DNA of 64,000 nucleotides from a virus. Below are positions 27,994-36,650 of this stretch, in pieces. The DNA lies in UHGV virus genome UHGV-0375936. One strand, given 5' to 3'. Numbering within the stretch: position 1 is the first letter of the stretch; every line of letters starts with the position of its first letter. The notes under the pieces are model-generated. The model made no database searches. It was not told where the DNA came from and was given only the letters and a program-made list of their open reading frames with translations. Both the position numbers and the translations under genes were made by a program.

Positions 27994-28452
27994 TCAGTAC
28001 AAACACGATGTCAAGTATTGGTTATACGAATCGAGCAGTGTCTGACGGTCGGAACGGTAATTCCACAACAAATTATTGAGTTTACGCGATAAGTCACGGC
28101 TAATCTCCTGGGGCGTTAAAGAGCTTTCATCAAGAGATAAGCGTTCAGGTACAACATGTAACTTCGGTAACTCATAACGTTCACAAAGTGGAGCCAGCAT
28201 TGGTGGGCTCCAGCCACGTTTAACGGCTTGTTGGTTTAAATTTCGGGTGTAGACATAAACGTAGTAAGCATAGGTGTTGACATCCGCAACATACTCACGC
28301 ATTGCATTATTGTCAATTTTCCAATTCACCATTATTGGCGGTGTAGGAGGAAGTTCCAGTGGCCTATAAGCTGGACGTTTAACTTCGTCGCCGTAGCTAT
28401 TACTCACCAACCCCACGAACACCATCATGATGAATAACAGCATTTTCATCAA
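27994..28452 (-). CDS. Secreted Pro-rich protein (152 aa)
   Basis: N-terminal signal-like MMKMLLFIMMVFVGLVSNSYG; RPAYRPLELPPTPPI; start abuts stop of upstream membrane protein. Confidence 0.55.
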   Translation of the reverse strand: MMKMLLFIMMVFVGLVSNSYGDEVKRPAYRPLELPPTPPIMVNWKIDNNAMREYVADVNTYAYYVYVYTRNLNQQAVKRGWSPPMLAPLCERYELPKLHVVPERLSLDESSLTPQEISRDLSRKLNNLLWNYRSDRQTLLDSYNQYLTSCLY

Positions 28453-28956
28453 TCACTCCTTAGAAGACGTTAGCGTCTTTATGATCTCCTGTCGAAAACT
28501 GTTCGCATTTAAATTGCCAACAGGTCTCGCCGAAGCCTCTTTACGTTGTTCTGGTGTTGAAGCTGGATTAACAGGAGTTTCTGGTTTTGTCGAAGACAGA
28601 TCCTTCGCCGTACCGCTCGCTTTCGATGAATTAAACGTGCTTTCATATGGCGGTTTCTGGCCGAGGCAAACGAAGAGCCTGTCGTATAACTTCCCATTAT
28701 CTTCTTTTAGTTTATCTCGATCTTGTTTCATCTCTTGGTAAGACTGCGACATATACGTGTCATGAGACTGCACTGCAACGAGCGCGTGAAACTGTTGTAC
28801 ATAGGCGTAGGAGACGAAGCCAGAATACGACAACAAGATCGTGATGATTAAAGTCATTATCTTGCTTGCTCTTGATACGTTTTCTCCTTCTCCTGGTTTA
28901 AATGCTTCCATTAACATCTGAAGGAAGAACGGAAGCACTTTAAAAAATGAACCCAT
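28453..28956 (-). CDS. Membrane protein with charged periplasmic-type segment (167 aa), i-spanin-like architecture
   Basis: Single TM IMTLIITILLSYSGFVSYAYV then QEMKQDRDKLKEDNGKLYDRL and Pro/Ser/Thr-rich tail. Confidence 0.45.
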   Translation of the reverse strand: MGSFFKVLPFFLQMLMEAFKPGEGENVSRASKIMTLIITILLSYSGFVSYAYVQQFHALVAVQSHDTYMSQSYQEMKQDRDKLKEDNGKLYDRLFVCLGQKPPYESTFNSSKASGTAKDLSSTKPETPVNPASTPEQRKEASARPVGNLNANSFRQEIIKTLTSSKE

Positions 28957-28981
28957 TGCTCACCTCGGAGTATTTTTAATT

Positions 28982-30355
28982 ATGTTAGACTTACAAGGTT
29001 TTATTCAGATACCGGCACTGTTTGACAATCAGGACGGCGTCACCGCTCCGGTGGGCGAGCTGTCGGATTTGACACTCTCGTACGCGAAGAGTAAACAGAC
29101 GTTTACTAAAACCAATTTGCAAGTTCAATTGGTGACTTTTACGTCTAAACGAGAAAAACAGACGGTTGTTGTACCAGCCGAATTTTCTGATCATATTCTA
29201 ACCGTTTCTCAATGGATTTACCAGCAAGCCATCTTGGGGAATCTGAGAAATGACGAACTTGAATTCCAGCGCCTGTTACTAGGACAATTCCAATCAACCA
29301 TTTCTGGCGTTCAGTCCGGTGCGATGATCCAGACGAACAGTAACTGGTTCCCACGCTGGGTGAGCTGGAAATATGAAGCAACAGCAGATCAAGTACAAGA
29401 TGACACCGATGTAGATAATCAGATCATTGTTTGGTTCTCGGATGAAGACTTCGATCAAGATTACACAGGGTTCGAAATCGAAGTGCAGATGCCGATTTCA
29501 CCAATCGACACATTTTTGTCGACCAAGTCAGTCGTTGAAAAGGCGATGGAAGGGTTTAACCTTACCGAACACCATAAGAAAATCAATGAGTTAATGGCAG
29601 GGTTTCCTTACACCGCTATCCAAACCAACTACTATACTTGGCACGATAAAGAAAACTACGAGTCCACCCTAGTTGTCCCAATGTCGGTTATTATTTACGG
29701 CCGCGCGGGAAAAAACCCAACGAAAATAAAGCAAGCGTTGCGAGAACATATTCTCGCCAATTCTAGCTTTACTGTCCCCGTCGGGGTAAAGGTATTTCCT
29801 GAAATTTTCACTACCACGAAATTTACAATTGTTCCTGGATGGAAAATTCGTGGAATACCTAATGAGGAAGACGTAGCGGCGCTTTATTCCCCTATCCTTC
29901 CATATGATTTCTGGGTCAAAGCTATCAGTCGGTTTGGAGAATGGGCAGACCTGACGGTAGCAGAAAGAAATACTAAAACGATCAGTAAGCCTACGACAGA
30001 TGTAACTGACTTACCAACCGTTTATAAATCATTAAACTGTGTTGTAATCAGTGGGCCAGAAAATGATACGCGGAAAGCGACCTTACACGAAACTATCCCG
30101 GATTATGCGTTAATTGCGACGACTAACCCTGATATTGCGCGTATGTCGAAAACAACGACCGAATGGTTGGCGTTATTTTTCCAGGCACTTATTGCTGCGG
30201 AAGAATACCACCCGTATCAAACCAGCTTGGATATTGTAAAACTGGTCGATGAGGCTGACCCTGATAACTACTTCTGGGTGTTTGAATACGACAACGTAGA
30301 ATATCGTATCCTGTCTCGGAAAGCGAAATGGTACACCGAGTTAGACAAGGAGTAA
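28982..30355 (+). CDS. Hypothetical protein (457 aa), plus-strand island
   Basis: Long plus-strand ORF inside minus-strand block. Confidence 0.6.
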   Translation: MLDLQGFIQIPALFDNQDGVTAPVGELSDLTLSYAKSKQTFTKTNLQVQLVTFTSKREKQTVVVPAEFSDHILTVSQWIYQQAILGNLRNDELEFQRLLLGQFQSTISGVQSGAMIQTNSNWFPRWVSWKYEATADQVQDDTDVDNQIIVWFSDEDFDQDYTGFEIEVQMPISPIDTFLSTKSVVEKAMEGFNLTEHHKKINELMAGFPYTAIQTNYYTWHDKENYESTLVVPMSVIIYGRAGKNPTKIKQALREHILANSSFTVPVGVKVFPEIFTTTKFTIVPGWKIRGIPNEEDVAALYSPILPYDFWVKAISRFGEWADLTVAERNTKTISKPTTDVTDLPTVYKSLNCVVISGPENDTRKATLHETIPDYALIATTNPDIARMSKTTTEWLALFFQALIAAEEYHPYQTSLDIVKLVDEADPDNYFWVFEYDNVEYRILSRKAKWYTELDKE

Positions 30356-30358
30356 TGA

Positions 30359-30982
30359 ATGGCTACGCGTTTACCACTCCAGGTACCAGTCAACACCACG
30401 GGACTGTTCAAAGTAAAAACACCATTTACTTTGGCCGAGACGGTCATTTATACGGTAGAAGCGTCACGTACCTTCCCAGATTTAGTACGTCAGAATATTG
30501 ACGTTTATAACTCGTATTACCAGCCAGTAGGGCTAGGACGTGAAGAATATTTAGCAGATGCGAATGTTAGTGCGTCGATTTTAACATTTAAATCTCGGGA
30601 CGGTCAAGTTGTATACATACCTGACACCTACCTGGAATCATACCCAGGTTTATCCGGGATCACGTATCAACGAAATGTGTTAGTAGTAGATTTGGCACTG
30701 GTACCGGATTACGTGAAAGTGTCGTCTATAACAAAAGACGTTTCAGATATTCTCACGCATACACTAGGGATTGAGCCGAAAGTTGAAATTACAACGCTCG
30801 AGTATGAGGGGAAGGTAACGGAGGAACAGCACTTGCAGATGGAAGCGGCACGAAAAAATAAAATTCGTGAATCTATTCCATTAGGTGAGAAAGTTGCTGC
30901 GTTGACAGAAGAGAACAAAAAATTAAAAGAGTTAAACAACCAAATGTTAGAGATTCTTAAAGCTAACGGGTTAGTTAACTAA
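30359..30982 (+). CDS. Hypothetical protein with C-terminal coiled coil (207 aa)
   Basis: GGAG before ATG; C-terminus EENKKLKELNNQMLEILKANG; followed by terminator. Confidence 0.55.
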   Translation: MATRLPLQVPVNTTGLFKVKTPFTLAETVIYTVEASRTFPDLVRQNIDVYNSYYQPVGLGREEYLADANVSASILTFKSRDGQVVYIPDTYLESYPGLSGITYQRNVLVVDLALVPDYVKVSSITKDVSDILTHTLGIEPKVEITTLEYEGKVTEEQHLQMEAARKNKIRESIPLGEKVAALTEENKKLKELNNQMLEILKANGLVN

Positions 30983-30984
30983 AA

Positions 30985-31020
30985 AGATTACCCTACTCCT
31001 TCGGGAGTAGGGTAGCTTTT
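30985..31020. terminator. Bidirectional rho-independent terminator
   Basis: ACCCTACTCC-ttcg-GGAGTAGGGT hairpin, A-run upstream, T-rich downstream. Confidence 0.65.
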
Positions 31021-31023
31021 ATT

Positions 31024-31575
31024 TTAAATGTCGACTTCTAGTTTACGGTAATCGATGACGCCTTGAGCAATCATAGCAGCAACATCGTTCCAGGTACGAA
31101 AAATGAAGTAAACTGTGTCTCCGTTTAAAAAGATGTTAGATTCTTTATCCGGGAAATCATCTTCACTGAGGTAGTAGTAAGGTTTGTCGAAAGGGAAGTC
31201 GCGCTCATCAGAGGAACCAAGTACCGCATAACGATTGCCACAATCAAACAGAATCTTCCAACCAGACAATTCACTATTAGCGTCAATACGATCGTCGATT
31301 TCAACGGTAATAGGAGAATGATCAAGAAAGCTGATTGTAACCTCTCCGTTATGCTGTCGTTTAAATCGACGAATATCTGTAGGCACAATTTCAGATGCTG
31401 CTATAAGGGAATAAAGTTGTGTTACGGTGATCTTTTTGTAAACACTATCGCCATCCCACAAACGATCAAATAAGAAATTAGCCAGGAAATTTATATCCTT
31501 TAAACGTGAACGGAAAACAGAACCACGACGAATACCGTAAGCCAGATGAGTTAAATATTCAGACGATGGAAACAT
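31024..31575 (-). CDS. Hypothetical protein (183 aa)
   Basis: ORF, minus strand. Confidence 0.55.
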   Translation of the reverse strand: MFPSSEYLTHLAYGIRRGSVFRSRLKDINFLANFLFDRLWDGDSVYKKITVTQLYSLIAASEIVPTDIRRFKRQHNGEVTISFLDHSPITVEIDDRIDANSELSGWKILFDCGNRYAVLGSSDERDFPFDKPYYYLSEDDFPDKESNIFLNGDTVYFIFRTWNDVAAMIAQGVIDYRKLEVDI

Positions 31576-31594
31576 TTTAATACTCCTAAGGTGG

Positions 31595-31629
31595 GAAAAA
31601 GAATTAACCCTACTCCCGGAGGAGTAGGG
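31595..31629 (-). terminator. Rho-independent terminator (minus strand)
   Basis: CCCTACTCC-cgga-GGAGTAGGG hairpin then TTAATTCTTTTT on minus strand. Confidence 0.55.
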
Positions 31630-31637
31630 GATTTAAA

Positions 31638-32573
31638 TTACTTTTTGGTTTGACCCAGGTTTTCAAGAACCAGCTCACGAATATACTTCTGAGTTCGTTT
31701 CTTCGGCGGTAGAGCCATAAGAGTGTCAACGATTCCCTGGCCGCCGATAACCTTGCTGACGAGTTGTTGAACTTGGAAGAGTTCTGCTTCTTCGTCACTG
31801 ATCTCATTAGCTTGGTCTTTCTGACACAACGCTTCTACCAGGTCAGCTACGGATATTTCATTTTCGTCACCGGGGAAATCCAGGTTTAACGATTCGAAAA
31901 CATCACGCTTAACGAGTACAGATTTCAGATCATCGTAGTCTTCACAAACGGCGACTTCTGTGCCAGGTACCGTTTCTTCTTCGTCATGATCTCCTTCCTC
32001 AGGGTTATGGTATTTTACCAACGGTGAGTTGAACAACGGTCCTTTTTTCATCAGCACAAAACCTACATGTGACCAACTGCTCAGGATGAAATAGACAGCA
32101 GACCCACTTAATCCGATATTACCTTGACGTAGGTCAAACGCAATTTCTTGACGGCGATAAATCTGCCCTAAATCAAAGAAAGCTTCGTCACGAGCTGCAA
32201 CAACATCATACTGATTCGCACCTTGTTCTACCACAACGAACCAATTACCGTGATCCGTTGTATGTTGGTAAGGCACGAAAGATGGGTCATCTCTCATGAT
32301 GGGATTAATGGCGATGGTCGAATACAGCATTCCCATAGAGAAGTTGAACGTATTCCTTTCTTGAAACGCAGTGAAATTATCAATTGGAAGGATTAAGGAG
32401 GTACGTTCGATAGAGAAAACCGTTTCCTGTGTAATCGACGTTGGATTTCTGCCCAGGAAATAACCACGTAAAAAGTCGGCGGTCGCACCCACATTGGTTT
32501 GCATCGTCTTGCTGCTATGGTAACGACGTAGCGTGTTAGCCAGTTCGTGAATTACTTCAGATGGAAAAGTCAT
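31638..32573 (-). CDS. Hypothetical protein (311 aa)
   Basis: ORF, minus strand. Confidence 0.55.
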   Translation of the reverse strand: MTFPSEVIHELANTLRRYHSSKTMQTNVGATADFLRGYFLGRNPTSITQETVFSIERTSLILPIDNFTAFQERNTFNFSMGMLYSTIAINPIMRDDPSFVPYQHTTDHGNWFVVVEQGANQYDVVAARDEAFFDLGQIYRRQEIAFDLRQGNIGLSGSAVYFILSSWSHVGFVLMKKGPLFNSPLVKYHNPEEGDHDEEETVPGTEVAVCEDYDDLKSVLVKRDVFESLNLDFPGDENEISVADLVEALCQKDQANEISDEEAELFQVQQLVSKVIGGQGIVDTLMALPPKKRTQKYIRELVLENLGQTKK

Positions 32574-32627
32574 TTTAATAGTCCTCTTTTAGGTTTGTTC
32601 AAATCAACTAAGGGTTATGTAAAAAAG

Positions 32628-33107
32628 TTAAAATAATGGCAAGTTACGCCATTGTCCTACCGAGTAAAAAGCTTTTGGATGTTTACGGATATACGCTTTC
32701 GCTTCTTCTGGCAACCAACGGTCACCCGCCAGTTTTTGTTGTGCAACAATTACCGCCATCAACAAATACGGGTTTTTCGCACCGGGGAACTTTGCATTGG
32801 TTTCTAGCGCAATATCCAACATTGACGACCAGCCCAGTAATTTATGTTGCGCCGGTAAACGTTCTTCAATATACATCAGCCATTTCATGATTTGTTTAGG
32901 CTTATACGGACAGGTATAATTCGCCCAACACACCATGACGAACTTAATAGCCTTCGCAATCACCCATACAGGGACAGTCACGAAAAGGCAGAAAATGGCC
33001 AACTGCGAGGCGGGCGCTTCGACAAAAGTAACCGCTACAAGAACCATACACAGTTCAAGTACCACAAACCAAAAACGCGTTGGATAACGCCAAATGAATT
33101 TTATCAT
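32628..33107 (-). CDS. Small integral membrane protein (159 aa), holin-like candidate
   Basis: Two or more hydrophobic helices in N-terminal half (FWFVVLELCMVLVAVTFV; LAIFCLFVTVPVWVIAKAIKFVMV). Confidence 0.45.
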   Translation of the reverse strand: MIKFIWRYPTRFWFVVLELCMVLVAVTFVEAPASQLAIFCLFVTVPVWVIAKAIKFVMVCWANYTCPYKPKQIMKWLMYIEERLPAQHKLLGWSSMLDIALETNAKFPGAKNPYLLMAVIVAQQKLAGDRWLPEEAKAYIRKHPKAFYSVGQWRNLPLF

Positions 33108-33124
33108 AACTCTGTTCCTTTAGG

Positions 33125-33168
33125 GAATGAAAATAAAAGTACCCCTTACTCCGTATAGGGTAAGGGGT
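33125..33168 (-). terminator. Rho-independent terminator (minus strand)
   Basis: ACCCCTTAC...GTAAGGGGT hairpin then T-rich run on minus strand. Confidence 0.5.
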
Positions 33169-33173
33169 AGAAG

Positions 33174-33683
33174 TTAGAAGAACGGCTGATTTGGAATGAC
33201 AGCGTACTCTAAAATGAACATATGTTCCGGGGCGTCTTCTTTACGCCAGACTTTGTGTGTCGACACAAGTTTTTCCAGAATCGTTAAGAAACTACGTTGG
33301 CAGTATGTGTTTTCACCAAGCAGTAGATTTTGAAGTTCTACAGTAGCGTCCATATACGCCTGTTTAAAGACTAAACTACGGTTATACTGCCCGGTAAAAT
33401 TCCAAAGCAAGACCTTCCCTTCTTCGGTTTCTTTTACCGTTGGCCGTAAACCACAAATCCACAGTAAGGCAAGGTTGACGTTCCAGTCAAACTCTAAACC
33501 TTCTTCTTCGTCAACACCGAATGCTGTGGGTAAAGCATCGTAAAATTCGTGTTTCTCTGCGAATTCTTCATCCGACTTAATCTCGTCTTCGATACTGCTT
33601 CGGACAATACTGTAAACGTCTTTCGCGGTCAATTGTGCGGCTTTTGTAATGCCTTTATACCAATCGGTTACTACGATGCTCAA
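33174..33683 (-). CDS. Hypothetical protein (169 aa)
   Basis: ORF, 4-nt overlap with upstream SLT gene. Confidence 0.55.
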   Translation of the reverse strand: MSIVVTDWYKGITKAAQLTAKDVYSIVRSSIEDEIKSDEEFAEKHEFYDALPTAFGVDEEEGLEFDWNVNLALLWICGLRPTVKETEEGKVLLWNFTGQYNRSLVFKQAYMDATVELQNLLLGENTYCQRSFLTILEKLVSTHKVWRKEDAPEHMFILEYAVIPNQPFF

Positions 33684-34405
33684 AGGGTAACTCCTCTATT
33701 GATTGGAAAACTCGTGTTTATCGTATCCCAAATTCTACTAACTTCCGCCAGTTGAATCTGACGTGGTGTTTTCTTCGCAAACGCAAGCTGACGTGGGGCC
33801 GAGCCCACAACAACAGGCACATCGATTTTCGCGCTATAGAACGAGGCGTCTTTCATAAAGCCTGCCATTTCTCGTTGTGCTGCTCGAGATTTGCTTTTGA
33901 TTCGCGTGTGAGCGCCACTTTCACCCCAGTGGTAAGCTAACGCAACTTCAGCCATGGTGGGCTTGCGTTTGAGTCGTTTGGTTAACCCCTTCTCAAGATG
34001 TTTAACATACGCGGTAGCCAGCAAAACAGCATTACGCGGATTATACAAATCGGCGTTCTGACTAAGACCTAATTCTTTTCCATAAAGCTTTAGCAGATTA
34101 CGCTTGGTACTTGGAAGCATTTGTACCAGGCTGTGTGCTCGTGAGCTTTTGTTGTAAGCCTTGGGATCAAAACGCGATTCACGATAAATCAGCGTAATCA
34201 TCAGCTTGGGATCAACGCCCTGCTTTCGTGAGATTTCCACAATTAACGGGCTGACTTTTTCGAACCGATGTTGGATTTGTGCAAACTCTCGCTGATGCTT
34301 AGAATGTGGCGTTGACGTTGACGCCTGTGCGTTAAACGCGAAAAGTGTTACCAGTAAAAGAAAGAAGATACGAAACATTTTGTTTCTCCAGTTGGATTTA
34401 TACAT
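33680..34405 (-). CDS. Secreted lytic transglycosylase (SLT domain); candidate endolysin
   Basis: Signal-like MFRIFFLLLVTLFAFNAQA; SLT motif YRESRFDPKAY...SLVQMLPST...AYHWGE. Confidence 0.7.
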   Translation of the reverse strand: MYKSNWRNKMFRIFFLLLVTLFAFNAQASTSTPHSKHQREFAQIQHRFEKVSPLIVEISRKQGVDPKLMITLIYRESRFDPKAYNKSSRAHSLVQMLPSTKRNLLKLYGKELGLSQNADLYNPRNAVLLATAYVKHLEKGLTKRLKRKPTMAEVALAYHWGESGAHTRIKSKSRAAQREMAGFMKDASFYSAKIDVPVVVGSAPRQLAFAKKTPRQIQLAEVSRIWDTINTSFPINRGVTL

Positions 34406-34478
34406 TTCCGTATTCCGTAAGACGAAATGACGGCGCGGACAGCTAATACTCCTTTGTTGTGTGCCCTAATGATAATAT

Positions 34479-34976
34479 CTATTTAAAAGAGTTTGGAATT
34501 AATGACTCTGCTTCTTGGTACAGCTTATCAGGTAAATATAACGTGTAGCGCTGCCTCCTCGGTTCAAGTTTTTTGTAAAGCCACAAAAAGATTTCTTGTC
34601 TTTCCCAGGAATCTAACCACCCATTTGCCATCCCCAGTGGAGGGATAGCAACGCTGGTATCCAGATCCTCAGCACAGTCTGCTAATGCGGTAATGCCCGC
34701 AGTAACATAAGAAACCTGGGATTTTAAACGCCAATGTGTTTTCGTGGGGAGCAAGATACACTTTTCGTCAGAGTAAACGTAAACGCTTCCAATCTTAATT
34801 TCGTCTTCACGACACCGCTTACGATAATCCTGATAAAGGTTGGGGTAGCGTTCACGACACGCGAGTGCAATACCGCGACCCATCGCTCCTACGCAGTTAA
34901 TGGTAACGACTTTATAGTCTTCGGGCGCATTAAAAAGATCGTTACCAATTTCAGATTCTTTACGTACCGTTAACAT
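34479..34976 (-). CDS. Macro domain protein, TARG1/OARD1/DarG-like (ADP-ribose processing)
   Basis: NDLF...KVVTINCVGAMGRGIALACRERYP and LGMANGWLDSWERQ resemble my recollection of the TARG1-type motifs; track start at 35039 is TTG, ATG at 34976 used. Confidence 0.6.
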   Translation of the reverse strand: MLTVRKESEIGNDLFNAPEDYKVVTINCVGAMGRGIALACRERYPNLYQDYRKRCREDEIKIGSVYVYSDEKCILLPTKTHWRLKSQVSYVTAGITALADCAEDLDTSVAIPPLGMANGWLDSWERQEIFLWLYKKLEPRRQRYTLYLPDKLYQEAESLIPNSFK

Positions 34977-35063
34977 AACGAAACGCCCGGAGTTGATGTG
35001 TAGTATTAAAACGTGTACCGCCGATTGATAGCTCGACAAGTATAGCGATATATGTTTTACCCA

Positions 35064-35432
35064 TTATCGATTTTTCGTAATCCATTGCTTGACCGCTGCT
35101 TCTAAACCTTCGTGTTGTAAGCCCAGGCGCTGCATAGTCAGTGACAAGTTAAGCGTGTGGACGACCTGCTCACGGAACTGATGATCGTTCATACGGTCCC
35201 AGACCTTCTCTACTGAAATATTGTGTTTCCAGAGCAAATAAGCTTCACGACACGATGCGCGACGAACTAAACTGGGTTTAACAAAAGGCAACTCGATTTC
35301 AGGCAAGTAACCTAAAAGCTTAACTAACGGCGTTACCTGCGTCTTACCGAAGTCACCACATTGATAACAAATTTGCAGAATATCAATTTCATTCAACGGT
35401 ATGCCGTAAATTGATGGGTTCTCTGTGAACAT
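35064..35432 (-). CDS. Hypothetical protein (122 aa)
   Basis: GAGGAGAA before ATG. Confidence 0.5.
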   Translation of the reverse strand: MFTENPSIYGIPLNEIDILQICYQCGDFGKTQVTPLVKLLGYLPEIELPFVKPSLVRRASCREAYLLWKHNISVEKVWDRMNDHQFREQVVHTLNLSLTMQRLGLQHEGLEAAVKQWITKNR

Positions 35433-35634
35433 TCATATTCTCCTCAGGCTCGAAATGTGATTCGGGTGGCAACGTCCCTAAAGCCCCTTGGATACAAGCC
35501 GTCAGTGAAGGTTTGCCGAAACAGACCTTACCTATCGTCCCCACATTGGGATGCTGTAAGAACGCTTTCGCACGTTCGTATTCTTTCCAACAAATACTCG
35601 TATCCAAACCACCCACTCCGTACGATTTTAACAT
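35389..35634 (-). CDS. Hypothetical protein (81 aa)
   Basis: CAGGAGAG 8 nt before ATG; overlaps downstream gene by 44 nt in another frame. Confidence 0.4.
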   Translation of the reverse strand: MLKSYGVGGLDTSICWKEYERAKAFLQHPNVGTIGKVCFGKPSLTACIQGALGTLPPESHFEPEENMNVHREPINLRHTVE

Positions 35635-35700
35635 AATTAGCTCTCCTGACGTAAATTTCTCACACTCATAGTGAGGTACGCCAAGAGAGCTTTATTGTTT

Positions 35701-36144
35701 TTAGAATGTTTTGCTAAAATCGACCCACTCACGATCGTGTGAGTAAACCGCTTGATAGCCGCGTCGGATGAAATACTCTTTTGCTTCTTTACATTTCGCA
35801 TACATGCCAGTAACAATCTCGCCGAAAACTTCATCAGCTGCAATTGCTTTGAAAATCTCTTTCATTACACCCCGTTGACGATAGTCTGGGAGCACGTATA
35901 CCGAACGTATCTTAAGTGAACCGTTACGATTCCGATAACTACAGTATCCTACCGCGACATCATCCTGATACACCAGAACTATGCAGTTACCTTCGATCAG
36001 CTGTCGCGCATTTAACTTCGGCACCGACATTTTGATTTTCAGTAACGTGGCCTGGTGGTCTAAGTAACGGTAGTGTAGTTTGAGTAAATCGGCAGCTTGT
36101 CGCTCGCCAACTTTAGAAGATGCGTTCAACAAATAAATTTCCAT
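35701..36144 (-). CDS. GNAT-family N-acetyltransferase
   Basis: VLPDYRQRGVMKEIFKAIA (acetyl-CoA binding R/Q-x-x-G-x-G/A type motif); track start is TTG, ATG at 36144 used. Confidence 0.55.
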   Translation of the reverse strand: MEIYLLNASSKVGERQAADLLKLHYRYLDHQATLLKIKMSVPKLNARQLIEGNCIVLVYQDDVAVGYCSYRNRNGSLKIRSVYVLPDYRQRGVMKEIFKAIAADEVFGEIVTGMYAKCKEAKEYFIRRGYQAVYSHDREWVDFSKTF

Positions 36145-36175
36145 TTGCAAACCTTAGAGACGCAAAAAAGTAAAA

Positions 36176-36304
36176 TTAAAACCAACGCGCGATGACGAAA
36201 GCCGCAGCGGCTAATATGGCTGTGGTGATTATCAATCCACCCCATGAAAGTTCCGCGTCGTATAGTGCGGATATCGCTACATTCGTAGCGTTTATCGTGG
36301 TCAT
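36176..36304 (-). CDS. Micro membrane protein (42 aa)
   Basis: ORF below track cutoff; CAGGAGCAGAAA-ATG; MTTINATNVAISALYDAELSWGGLIITTAILAAAAFVIARWF. Confidence 0.4.
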   Translation of the reverse strand: MTTINATNVAISALYDAELSWGGLIITTAILAAAAFVIARWF

Positions 36305-36361
36305 TTTCTGCTCCTGTCAATACCCTCACACCGGAGGGTATCTTCTGGACTATTTGGGTGG

Positions 36362-36460
36362 TTAATCTTCGAACGCCCAACGGTGACGTTTAATCAGCCA
36401 GTTTAAACCTTTACCAATTAACCACAACGAGCCAAGTGTTAACAGAACCCCTACAACCAT
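36362..36460 (-). CDS. Micro membrane protein (32 aa)
   Basis: ORF below track cutoff; AGGAGAGGGAAT-ATG; MVVGVLLTLGSLWLIGKGLNWLIKRHRWAFED. Confidence 0.4.
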   Translation of the reverse strand: MVVGVLLTLGSLWLIGKGLNWLIKRHRWAFED

Positions 36461-36470
36461 ATTCCCTCTC

Positions 36471-36650
36471 CTAATTCCGCCATTCGCATTCGCGTTGACG
36501 CCAAATTGAACCCCACGATAGTTTAATCAGATAAGATGAAACTACCCATAAAATCATCACCACACAAAACATGACATAAAGAACCGCTAGAATGGACATG
36601 AAGCCAAACCCTGCCGCATCCACAATACGACGGAACCAATCAGTTTGCAT
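36471..36650 (-). CDS. Small membrane protein (59 aa)
   Basis: AAGGAG upstream of ATG at 36650; hydrophobic FGFMSILAVLYVMFCVVMILWVV; overlaps 3' end of SbcC-like gene. Confidence 0.45.
   Translation of the reverse strand: MQTDWFRRIVDAAGFGFMSILAVLYVMFCVVMILWVVSSYLIKLSWGSIWRQRECEWRN

Noticed and set aside
34977-35039. TTG-initiated N-terminal extension of the macro-domain ORF (and similar TTG starts at 36150, 36656, 48689)
   Set aside because: Downstream ATG codons align better with the domain start and/or have better SD sequences; the extensions are artefacts of the ORF caller accepting alternative starts.
36126-36380. 84-aa ORF overlapping the micro membrane-protein ORFs
   Set aside because: It is in a different frame, lacks an RBS and its sequence is not protein-like; the two short ORFs with strong SD sequences explain the region better.
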